DNA of 64,000 nt from Candidatus Ozemobacteraceae bacterium (GTDB lineage: Bacteria; Muiribacteriota; Ozemobacteria; Ozemobacterales; Ozemobacteraceae): NCBI GenBank assembly GCA_965140445.1, contig OZ223236.1:4608001-4672000 (forward strand). The letters run 5' to 3'. Below the pieces are notes generated by a model that had not been told where the DNA came from, ran no database searches, and saw nothing but the letters and a program-made list of their open reading frames with translations. Position numbers and translations under genes: made by a program. Numbering within the stretch: the first letter of the stretch is position 1; every line of letters starts with the position of its first letter. Positions 30,801 to 38,282 of this stretch are shown here, piece by piece.

Positions 30801-30869
30801 GCAATGACTCTGAAGGGTAAAACAAATCAAGTTGAGGTTGTGGATTTCTGGGAAAATAAAAAGCGCTGA
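27867..30869 (+). CDS. 4TM-HAMP class III cyclase, transition-state (C2-like) half
   Basis: HAMP (DELETLAQKLNRM) and DYTVIGDSVNTAARL are intact; LFLGL and DKIVDNSI lack the metal Asps; TAATG overlap with the upstream gene. Confidence 0.88.
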   Translation: MENKNSIRVSNRISPTLLLFAFFWLIILPAMFLTKTYTEFSKTFLKTSLDQSLPKMKNEMMEFKEELKPEVWLTKQLKTLNENINFVSFSENEKNVKLEQFSSIKASSLAKIIQKKLKLPVSALIYHGPDTNEISTYKNKSMDLIFRFPPKTLLRRAMASINRQYEMKPIKFFSTVKELKRNFTKLPPALIDQKHKFLFQTAFGTIHPFKISPGIVFKTISARFGKTGPLFFFYQKATIGKEENEKILGGYLVIFRLQDISPERIIADAKKANSTSIFKRHFIYSKKSIGKIDDLSFHISNQLFETKSFIQIKNVPSGEQMVHLIQRGTIVTKNLNDIKKHFPYLSISLSKKHLRHWLDNNAKDIFFLVKLLVLAALFFIVRIHLFGLDFKASIKVKILLASFTAGILPISTLGLNLAMNQQLDLISQEAQIKQQLETEQALITEEIQEELNSLRNRILFLSVKLESSKNNRIKILQNWLNESCADEITVSGFDGESFSIVSPNAGSETFDNAERTALNVFSSSVVALINRSEVMQKNNVRNESQFVKNLILSNSKTNAQTANLTNQGELAQVERGSPDFMFSSFIVYSRQKIPDLFVIIRFNTFKLIQSTLKRLIDSHKLASNWRGFSVENFLLVSQSSKTNRLVQFYAKSSKPINLEKISEKLNLVANNRMAIHFENLTSDGKQFLYAKKHEMWPITFISKTTIPKATLQKKQRQFFPILLFLISLCGSILIFAQILYVKPLEELIKGLQRIANGDLNSEIYLQSSDELETLAQKLNRMRKGLKEKDKLSQYISSDVLKEIEESENAELKPGGERITAAILFLGLVSSKRELEENYNEQMFYLEKLAQLSAESSHMFHGIIDKIVDNSIMIVFREQGIESNLSLLALKATKLIISNFEKLCSNKAWLIKAGIDCGEVVSGKLGSLTGKLDYTVIGDSVNTAARLKSIHLPGSDHQILLTRKISNNIPKEFNRKTLGAMTLKGKTNQVEVVDFWENKKR

Positions 30870-30911
30870 ATCAAATGCAAAGTCGATTCAACGCCTGTTA
30901 TTTAACAGAAA

Positions 30912-32642
30912 TTAGTTTTTAAGCTTGAGTTTTCTATCCCCAATTCTACACCCATCAATGTCATAAGCTAACGCATATCGAGTTAGAGCTTCTAATACCA
31001 TCGATACTGTAAAAGCCTGGGAGCGCCAATGAGCCAGATCCCAAAACGATGCAGCAAAAAACAAACCAGATTCCCATGTGGCACATTTACCATTTGGAGA
31101 TGCAAAGCGCCCTTTAGTAGATTTATTTTTTGGCTTAACATACCTTACGTTTTTCAATAAATAGGCAACTGCAGCTTTTAAGGAAGATTCATATTCCTGC
31201 TCCAAATTTGCTTCAATGGCAATTTCTTTGCCAATATTTATCAATGACGTAACTCCAAGTGCTGTGGCAAGATGATCACTTTTATCATCTCCACCGGGGA
31301 AAGCGCCTTTGTGTCCTGGATGCTTCCTGGCCCAGAGTTTCTGTTGAATCAGCAAATCTCGAAGGAGCTTTTTCATTGCTGGTCGCATCGCTCCCTCATT
31401 TGCTCCACCATCACGAAACGCTCTTGTTGCAGCATAAGGAAAAATCATGTTCTGAGGATAATACAATCCAGCTTCCGGCCAAGTTTGTTTTTCTATTGCT
31501 TTAGCTATTAAATTAATACATTCCATATAACCTGGCAGATGTCTGTTACCGGTTAATGATAATGACAAAAGGACATTAGAGTTTACAACCACGTCGACAT
31601 TATTCACACCCAAAGGAATAATTCCGATTTCAGGACGATCAAATACTGGTTTATTTTCATCTTTTATCCAGGTCAGATACGCTCCAGAGCCTTTGCCTTT
31701 CCAACCATCGCGACCATCTTCCCGATCACGATCAATATCTCTGAATTTTGAAATCTCTAATAATGCCTGAGTGTCTTCTTCAATACCTGAATCTGGAAAT
31801 CTTTTAGCAAAAAGATACTGAAAAGAAACTGCTGTTGAGGTGTCATCTGCATCATTAGGAATATTGAACAACGCATCCGCCCCAGTTGGGTTCCCTTTCA
31901 TATCCAAACATGCTGACAACCAATATTTAGGAGGCGTTTGCTGCCCTTTAGCCAACATTGCAAAAAGTTTATCAAATTTGGGGTTTAAATATGCCTTTCC
32001 AAGAAACTCTAACTGGCTCACTGGAATATTAAAAGGACCTGTTCTAGGTGATTTACCGCGAACTCCCGGTAAAACGGCCCAGAAGTTGTAAGCATTATCC
32101 CTTTTAAAACTCTGAATATTCTGCATGGCAAGACGGAGCATTTTATTTACATATTGCTTTTGCCCTGGAAGCTGAGATTCGTCAAACATAAAAAGTGGGT
32201 AGCCAATAAAAGCCGTCATAAATAAATTCGAATCTTGAACGGCGGCAGGTGCACGTCCTTTTAGTCCAATTTTATTCGGCATAAAATGGATATAACTCGC
32301 CCACTCGCCGGCTCTATTATTAGCTTTCATTGATTTTGGAGCTGGAATCCCCAGATTTTCTCTGAACGGTAGATTGAAGCTCAATAAAGTTTTACAACCA
32401 TCTCCATCAGCAGAGCTATCGTATTCACACGAAAGCTTACCTTTTCTAGCTCTTATCTGTCTGTCCTCCAGAAAAGCAAGTGAGCCAAGAATAGCTCCCT
32501 TTAATTCTGGATTAGAAATTCTGGTTTGAATTACTTTCTCTACTACATTCTGAGCTCCAGCAATGGCTTGTCCCCAGGAAAACAAGACCATCAAACATAT
32601 AGATAAAAATAAGCCTAAAGACCATTTTTTTAACTTAAGCAT
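30912..32642 (-). CDS. Exported prenyltransferase/terpene-cyclase-like (alpha/alpha barrel) protein
   Basis: Signal peptide; PNDADDTST, LTW, VDVVVNSNVL and GLYY motifs; ATG at 32642 after AAGGGG. Confidence 0.55.
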   Translation of the reverse strand: MLKLKKWSLGLFLSICLMVLFSWGQAIAGAQNVVEKVIQTRISNPELKGAILGSLAFLEDRQIRARKGKLSCEYDSSADGDGCKTLLSFNLPFRENLGIPAPKSMKANNRAGEWASYIHFMPNKIGLKGRAPAAVQDSNLFMTAFIGYPLFMFDESQLPGQKQYVNKMLRLAMQNIQSFKRDNAYNFWAVLPGVRGKSPRTGPFNIPVSQLEFLGKAYLNPKFDKLFAMLAKGQQTPPKYWLSACLDMKGNPTGADALFNIPNDADDTSTAVSFQYLFAKRFPDSGIEEDTQALLEISKFRDIDRDREDGRDGWKGKGSGAYLTWIKDENKPVFDRPEIGIIPLGVNNVDVVVNSNVLLSLSLTGNRHLPGYMECINLIAKAIEKQTWPEAGLYYPQNMIFPYAATRAFRDGGANEGAMRPAMKKLLRDLLIQQKLWARKHPGHKGAFPGGDDKSDHLATALGVTSLINIGKEIAIEANLEQEYESSLKAAVAYLLKNVRYVKPKNKSTKGRFASPNGKCATWESGLFFAASFWDLAHWRSQAFTVSMVLEALTRYALAYDIDGCRIGDRKLKLKN

Positions 32643-32780
32643 ACGGTACCCCTTAATCAATATTTTTTAATTATACTGCTAAGAGCAAAAACTAGCAAAA
32701 ATCAGGTTCTTTTCTATGAGAAGAGCTATCTTGCTCAATACTATGAATGACTAATTTCAAAAAATCCGGTCTAAATATTA

Positions 32781-32808
32781 TTGCCAAAGCAAATTTGGCA
32801 AATATAAT
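32781..32808 (+). promoter_or_regulatory. sigma70-type promoter overlapped by an inverted repeat
   Basis: TTGCCA-N16-TATAAT; TTGCCAAA-N5-TTTGGCAA dyad. Confidence 0.5.
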
Positions 32809-32845
32809 TACCGTAGAATAATTTTTTTACTAAATAAGGAAAGCT

Positions 32846-34063
32846 ATGAACAAACCAATTTTTCTAATCCTGTTAGCCGGAATTTTTTTTACCTTTTCTC
32901 CTCTGTTTTCTCAGGAAGAATGTGGCAACCCAATCAGGCTTAGTACAGTAGAATTTAATACTAATATTGATAATAAAATCATTTCTGGCTTGTTAATACT
33001 AGGCGCATTACCAGGCACAGATGGATTTAATGAAATAAGTATTGAGCTTAACAATGCAAACCAAATCGTTTTCCCCTATCAAGACTATCAGGGGGAAAAT
33101 GCCTTATTCCAAAAACAAAAGCTGCTATGGGTAAAAGTAACCTCAAAATCTGAGGAGTTTAAAATCGGATTAACTGGCTCAGCGTGGTTTACGACAGATA
33201 CCGACTTTGTTTTCTCATCAGAACTCCCTCTCCTGGCTTTAAAGCAAAGTATTAAGTTAGCGAAGTTGTGTAATACAAAGGGGGCAAAAGCCGAAGTATC
33301 AGTATTGAATTCAAAAGATGCAAAAAAATCAATAGTTATAAAAACCTCGGACGAGGTATTTTTGAAAACTCTCAAAAGCCTTTTATGCACTAACAAATCA
33401 GAAGCCACCCAAAAAGGCCCTGACTTAAATAATGATGGAAAAATAGACATTATAGAATTTTCCTGTGGACCTGATAAAGAGACTTTTGAGCTAAAGGTTA
33501 ATGGAATTTCAATCCAGGGTAATGGTGAAGAAATTCAAAACAGTTTTGAAATTGTTGATATAGACAAATCTGATAATTTCAAAGAAATTGCCATAAAAGA
33601 AGATGGTCCTAGCGAAGACCCTTATACCAGCTACTATTTCTACGATGGTAAGAGTCTAATTTTTATGGGAAAAATTGAAGGTTATGGAGCTACTGATGGA
33701 ACTGGAATTATAAGATCCCGGACAAGGGGAAAAATTCTTCACACCTGGTATTTTGATGATTTCTACAAACTATCACCTGACCACAAAGTTTTAAGAGAAG
33801 AGAAAGATCTCTATTTAATGAACTCAAAAGTTGTTTGCCAAAATTATCTACCATTATACAAATCTCGAAATAGCACCGAGGTTTTATCAGAAATCACTCC
33901 GAATGAGTCCTTAAAAATCACCTACACAGATAACAAGCAATGGTGCTGTGTTGAAGATGAAAACGGTGTAAGAGGCTGGTTTGCCCTGGAAAACTTTAAC
34001 CAGCTAAAAGGAAGAGGTATCGACATAAATGATGTTTTTGATGGTCTTGTTAATACGGACTAA
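32846..34063 (+). CDS. Secreted hypothetical protein with C-terminal SH3-like domain
   Basis: Signal peptide; DLNNDGKID and DIDKSDNFKEI loops; C-terminal WCCVEDENGVRGWF. Confidence 0.7.
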   Translation: MNKPIFLILLAGIFFTFSPLFSQEECGNPIRLSTVEFNTNIDNKIISGLLILGALPGTDGFNEISIELNNANQIVFPYQDYQGENALFQKQKLLWVKVTSKSEEFKIGLTGSAWFTTDTDFVFSSELPLLALKQSIKLAKLCNTKGAKAEVSVLNSKDAKKSIVIKTSDEVFLKTLKSLLCTNKSEATQKGPDLNNDGKIDIIEFSCGPDKETFELKVNGISIQGNGEEIQNSFEIVDIDKSDNFKEIAIKEDGPSEDPYTSYYFYDGKSLIFMGKIEGYGATDGTGIIRSRTRGKILHTWYFDDFYKLSPDHKVLREEKDLYLMNSKVVCQNYLPLYKSRNSTEVLSEITPNESLKITYTDNKQWCCVEDENGVRGWFALENFNQLKGRGIDINDVFDGLVNTD

Positions 34064-34085
34064 AAGACCAATAGGAAAATTATCT

Positions 34086-34124
34086 AAAAAAAAAAATCCC
34101 GCTGATAGAGCGGGACTTTTTTTT
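34086..34124. terminator. Bidirectional intrinsic terminator
   Basis: A-run-TCCCGCT-loop-AGCGGGA-C-T-run between the CDS and the tRNA operon. Confidence 0.85.
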
Positions 34125-34127
34125 GAT

Positions 34128-34202
34128 CGGACCGGACGAGACTCGAACTCGCGGCCTCCGCCGTGACAGGGCGGCGTTCTAAACCGACTGAACTACCGGT
34201 CC
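34128..34202 (-). tRNA. tRNA-Asp(GTC)
   Basis: GGACCGGTAGTTCAG...CCGCCCT-GTC-ACGGCGG...GTTCGAGT...CCGGTCCG cloverleaf. Confidence 0.96.
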
Positions 34203-34240
34203 TGGTTTAAAACTTTTTAGTGCTTACGGCACTTTAAGAA

Positions 34241-34312
34241 AGGCGGCAATCGGATTTGAACCGATGAATAATGGTTTTGCAGACCATCGCCTTACCACTT
34301 GGCTATGCCGCC
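34241..34312 (-). tRNA. tRNA-Cys(GCA)
   Basis: GGCGGCATAGCCAAG...ATGGTCT-GCA-AAACCAT...GTTCAAAT...TGCCGCCT. Confidence 0.96.
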
Positions 34313-34327
34313 AGCAAAAATAACAAA

Positions 34328-34400
<73 letters not shown>

Positions 34401-34409
34401 TTACTAGAA

Positions 34410-34484
34410 CGGACCGGACGAGACTCGAACTCGCGGCCTCCGCCGTGACAGGGCGGCGTTCTAAACCGACTGAACTACCGGTCC
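34410..34484 (-). tRNA. tRNA-Asp(GTC), second identical copy
   Basis: Same sequence as 34128-34202. Confidence 0.96.
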
Positions 34485-34497
34485 TAGTATATAGCGG

Positions 34498-34570
34498 TGG
34501 GCGGTGACGGGCTCGAACCGCCGACCACCTGGGTGTAAACCAGGAGCTCTTCCAACTGAGCTAACCGCCC
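34498..34570 (-). tRNA. tRNA-Val(TAC)
   Basis: GGGCGGTTAGCTCAG...CCTGGTT-TAC-ACCCAGG...GTTCGAGC...ACCGCCCA. Confidence 0.96.
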
Positions 34571-34590
34571 TTGTCTTGATGACAAAGAAG

Positions 34591-34619
34591 ATATTAACAT
34601 TAACTGTTTTCAGTGTCAA
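34591..34619 (-). promoter_or_regulatory. sigma70 promoter of the tRNA operon
   Basis: TTGACA-N17-TAATAT with extended TG and an upstream A/T tract. Confidence 0.75.
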
Positions 34620-34641
34620 CAAAAAAAAATGTTTTTTTTAT

Positions 34642-35016
34642 TTAAAAGGTAACAACCTTCTGGACCTTATTTATAGACTCAACAAGATCAAAATGATTTG
34701 CAAGTTTTCCGACCCTTAAAGAATGTTTGAGCCCCAAACTATCCAAAGCATGGCCTGCAACAAGAATTTTAACCCCTGCTCTCTCTATTTTATTGATTTG
34801 AAGAATAAGATCACTTCCCTCTACGCAAGCCTTAACAGAATTATTCCAGAAAACAAGAACCCTAGGAACCATCTCGCTTTCAGATAGAGTAATGATTATA
34901 TCTCTAAAAGAAGACTTACCAATATCGTCGTTTTCACCCACATAACATTTAGTAAACATCAGCAGGTAATTGGAAATCTTTGCGGAAGGAACCCAGACGC
35001 GTTTTTCAAAATACAC
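34642..35016 (-). CDS. DsrE/YedF-like protein (Cys motif absent; start uncertain)
   Basis: LVFWNNSVKAC, GVKILVAGHAL..LGL and VGKLAN match the YedF/DsrE pattern. Confidence 0.65.
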   Translation of the reverse strand: MYFEKRVWVPSAKISNYLLMFTKCYVGENDDIGKSSFRDIIITLSESEMVPRVLVFWNNSVKACVEGSDLILQINKIERAGVKILVAGHALDSLGLKHSLRVGKLANHFDLVESINKVQKVVTF

Positions 35017-35316
35017 GCCTTCAAAATATTCGTGGTTTAGTTCTTTTCTTTGACTCAGGGTTCGGTACCTACATTGTTTTTTATTATTATATCACCCAGT
35101 AAGGAGCTAAGCAAGAAAAGCAAAAATAACCATATTAAAGCCCTTGCCAAATTCTCTAAAATGATTATAAATAATCTTTGTGTATTATTTGACACTTTCA
35201 TTGCTTGACAGCCATGTACCTCTATGCTAATGTCATTGCATATAGGCACAGTCTATAACATGGAAGAGCTTTGAAAAAAGTTATACCCTTCATGGATTCG
35301 CGAAAGGAGACTTGGG

Positions 35317-36084
35317 TTGATGTTAAAACGTTTATCAATCATTTTGAGTGTTTTGGTTCTTGTATCGGTGGCTTTTACAGCTACAGCGGCAGAAAAGGTG
35401 CTCCTGCAGTATAATCCTGCACCAGGCACAACTGCTAAGTATAAAATGAACATTCGTGGAAACACAATTGTTACTGCTTACAAAAGAGCCCAGAGAACAA
35501 ACCTGGAAACCAGCATGACAATCAAACAGGATGTTACTGGTGTTGATCAGCAGGGTAACGTTGAAATGGCTACTACCATTATCGACGGAACTATTACTGT
35601 TAATAACACTCCTACCCAGCTTCCAAACATTGGCCAGATTATTAAAGTAAAAATGGCCAAGAATGGTGAAATCATTTCTTCAACAGGAATGGATCAGCAG
35701 GGTAATTTCAATCAGATGCAGATTAAATTTCCTAGCAAACCAGTAGGTGTTGGCGATTCTTGGGATTCCAATATCAAACCTAATCCTCAACTCCCAATTC
35801 CAATGGAAGTAAAATATACTGTTGTTGGTTTTGAAAATGTTGGTGGCGAAGAGTGTGTAAAACTTAAATCTCAGGTTACAAGCTCTCAAGGATCAGCTGG
35901 AAGCATTAATCTTAAAGTTAAAGCTAACGGTAACATCTGGTTTGCTTACAAAAAAGGCATCATGATTCAGAACGAAGTTACTTCTAACATGATCATGATC
36001 ATGGAAAATGATCTTGGTGGTGGAAAGAAAGAAAAAATCGAAACTCGCATGAACCTCAGCCTTAAAATGGGTTTGACAAAATAA
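35317..36084 (+). CDS. Secreted beta-rich protein (DUF6263-like)
   Basis: Signal peptide; FPSKPVGVGDSW motif; upstream TTGACA-N17-TAATGT and AGGAG SD. Confidence 0.7.
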   Translation: MMLKRLSIILSVLVLVSVAFTATAAEKVLLQYNPAPGTTAKYKMNIRGNTIVTAYKRAQRTNLETSMTIKQDVTGVDQQGNVEMATTIIDGTITVNNTPTQLPNIGQIIKVKMAKNGEIISSTGMDQQGNFNQMQIKFPSKPVGVGDSWDSNIKPNPQLPIPMEVKYTVVGFENVGGEECVKLKSQVTSSQGSAGSINLKVKANGNIWFAYKKGIMIQNEVTSNMIMIMENDLGGGKKEKIETRMNLSLKMGLTK

Positions 36085-36104
36085 AAATAATTTATTAGGT
36101 ACCC

Positions 36105-36133
36105 TTGACGCTTCCAATTTTGATTCTTATAAT
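36105..36133 (+). promoter_or_regulatory. Strong sigma70 promoter
   Basis: TTGACG-N17-TATAAT. Confidence 0.75.
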
Positions 36134-36407
36134 TTAACACAAGATACGAAAAGATCTTTGAAATTTATATCAGAATCCCAGCAGTGAAGCAAAATCCAGG
36201 AGATTGTCTAACAATCTTCGGGTACAAAATAGTGAAAGCTGGAGCCTCGTTTTAACCCGAAACGGGGCTCCTTCTATATCCCGATACTTACCCGGTATCA
36301 AAAGTTACTACCTACCTACCCAAATATTCCCACTCTTTGAAAGGAGGAAAGGATCTAAGCGAAAATTTACTATATTTTACGAGATCCTATACAGGAGGAA
36401 AAAAGTT

Positions 36408-37316
36408 ATGAGGTTGAAACGCAGTATATTGAAAACAATCGCGACAACCCTGACTGTAGTTATGCTGTTAACTGCCTTCGGAACAAGTGCCCACGCAGGT
36501 CTGTTCACGAAGATCAAAGACACAGTAAAAAACAACCCTGTTAAATCCGCATTAGCTGGCGTTGCAGCAGTTGGTGGAGCCATACTTGGAGCCCCATACA
36601 TTGCAAGCGCAGTAGGATTTGCATCAGGTTCAGTCGCAGGAGTCGCAGGCGGAGCAACTGCCGCAGTAGCAGGAGCTGGAGCTGGCTTAGCTGGCATAGG
36701 CGCAACCATCTGGGGCGGCATTAGTGCAGCTGGTGGTTTTATCACTGGTACTCTTGGAGCTATCGGTGGAGCTATTGGTAGTGTGTTCTCTGGAATCGCA
36801 GGATTCATCGGTGGAATCATCGGAAGTCCTCTCTTTATCCCAGCTCTTTGCCTTGTAGGCGCAGCAGTTGCCGGATATTTCATCTGGAAAAAATTCAGAC
36901 GCCAGAAACAGACAATCAGCAACGGAAGCAACATTCCTTCAGCTGGTCCAGTTGCGGCACCAACAACAGAAGTTGTAGTTAGTGGAGACTTCCAGGCACC
37001 GAGTTCTTCTGAAATCCCTCAGGTTAGTTCAACTGAAGTAGTAGTTAGCGCAGACGCTCAGGCTCCAGTTACTGAAGGAACTCCAGAACCAGCTCCAACA
37101 GGAAATTCATCAACAGCTTTGAAATCAGCACATGCTGAATACATTCAGGCTTACAACAAGTACATTAACATGGTTACCAACATCGGTGGCAGCGAAAACC
37201 CCGACGAGGAACTAAAATCTAACATGCTTCGCTCTGATACTCAGACTGCTCTGAATAACTATCGTGAAGCATACAATCGCTACATCACTCTCCTTAGACA
37301 GAGCAATTCGAAGTAG
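36408..37316 (+). CDS. Secreted/membrane glycine-zipper protein
   Basis: AGGAGG SD before the ATG at 36408; signal peptide; about 110-aa Gly/Ala hydrophobic stretch; helical C-terminus with two Y..AYN.YI motifs. Confidence 0.8.
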   Translation: MRLKRSILKTIATTLTVVMLLTAFGTSAHAGLFTKIKDTVKNNPVKSALAGVAAVGGAILGAPYIASAVGFASGSVAGVAGGATAAVAGAGAGLAGIGATIWGGISAAGGFITGTLGAIGGAIGSVFSGIAGFIGGIIGSPLFIPALCLVGAAVAGYFIWKKFRRQKQTISNGSNIPSAGPVAAPTTEVVVSGDFQAPSSSEIPQVSSTEVVVSADAQAPVTEGTPEPAPTGNSSTALKSAHAEYIQAYNKYINMVTNIGGSENPDEELKSNMLRSDTQTALNNYREAYNRYITLLRQSNSK

Positions 37317-37323
37317 CTGATGT

Positions 37324-37366
37324 AAAAAAAAAGACCCGAGCCATCCGGCTCGGGTCTTTTTTTTTT
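37324..37366. terminator. Bidirectional intrinsic terminator
   Basis: A-run-GACCCGAGCC-ATCC-GGCTCGGGTC-T-run. Confidence 0.92.
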
Positions 37367-37372
37367 AGGAAT

Positions 37373-38272
37373 TTAGCTCATTGTAACTTTGAAGCCATGC
37401 CAATCACCTTCGGTGATTTCCGACAAATCTTTCCAACCGTTTTCTGCCATACACTTTTTAACAGCTGGAGCATTAGAAGAGTTTACTCCGGAAAATACTC
37501 CCCAACCTCCAGATTTAACCCATGGGGAAAAAACCGACATGAACTCTAACAAAACTGGTGAAGTGATGTTAGCTGCAAGACCATCAAATTTTGACTCGGG
37601 TTCAAAACTTCCTAGATCAGAACATATCATTTTTAGTTGATCTGAAATATTATTTAGCTTTGCATTTTTTTTCATGTTTTCAACTGCTGGACCTTCTATT
37701 TCAATGGCGACGCCACTTTTGGCGCCTCTTTTCATAAGATAAAAAGACAAAATTCCACTTCCAGCACCTAAATCTACAAAGGTTTCACCATTAACATCGA
37801 TCCCCTCCAAAAACTCAAGGCAAAGTCTGGTTGTTTCATGAGTTCCTGTTCCAAATGCCATTCCGGGATCGATTAGAATAGTTGTAGCCGATTTTTCCTG
37901 TTCTAAAGGCTCAGCCCATGGCGGGCGAATTACAATTTTATCTTTAAGCAAAATAGGTTTGAAATGAGCCTTGAAACCTTCCATCCAATCCTGATTTTCA
38001 CTATATTCTTCGAGGCTAAGAGCAGAAGAATCAACAGAAAAATCCTTCATCCAGGCAATAATCTCAGCTTCAATGCCTTCAGCATCCTGTTCAACCGTTG
38101 AAACTATAAAGCTTACAATAGTTTCACCTGTAAATTCATAATCGGTCTCGCCCATTCCAGGCACATCTCGAATCTGCGGATTTGAAAAAACTCCCACTCC
38201 AAATCTTTCTGCTAAACCATTAAGCGGTTCTTCAAGTTCTGTGGGAATCAAAATATTAAATCGCTTCAGCAT
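37373..38272 (-). CDS. prmA: Ribosomal protein L11 methyltransferase
   Basis: DW...KAHFKPI, RPPW, IDPGMAFGTGTHETTRLC, DLGAGSGIL and ANI motifs. Confidence 0.93.
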   Translation of the reverse strand: MLKRFNILIPTELEEPLNGLAERFGVGVFSNPQIRDVPGMGETDYEFTGETIVSFIVSTVEQDAEGIEAEIIAWMKDFSVDSSALSLEEYSENQDWMEGFKAHFKPILLKDKIVIRPPWAEPLEQEKSATTILIDPGMAFGTGTHETTRLCLEFLEGIDVNGETFVDLGAGSGILSFYLMKRGAKSGVAIEIEGPAVENMKKNAKLNNISDQLKMICSDLGSFEPESKFDGLAANITSPVLLEFMSVFSPWVKSGGWGVFSGVNSSNAPAVKKCMAENGWKDLSEITEGDWHGFKVTMS

Positions 38273-38282
38273 CTTTTCTTAT

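Noticed and set aside
24934..30869. Treating the two cyclases as decaying pseudogenes
   Set aside because: Both are full-length and translationally coupled, and their losses are precisely complementary rather than random.
34504..34719. 71-aa ORF MTGSNRRPPGCKPGALPTEL
   Set aside because: Antisense translation of tRNA-Val.
36170..36275. c-di-GMP-I/II or T-box riboswitch assignment
   Set aside because: Only fragments resemble them (GCAAA, TAGTG); the GNRA/receptor, GGGCAC pseudoknot and T-box consensus are absent. Kept as an unknown structured leader.
36204..36407. N-terminal extension of the glycine-zipper ORF from the TTG at 36204
   Set aside because: A strong AGGAGG and a signal peptide begin at the ATG at 36408; the upstream part is better explained as a 5' leader.
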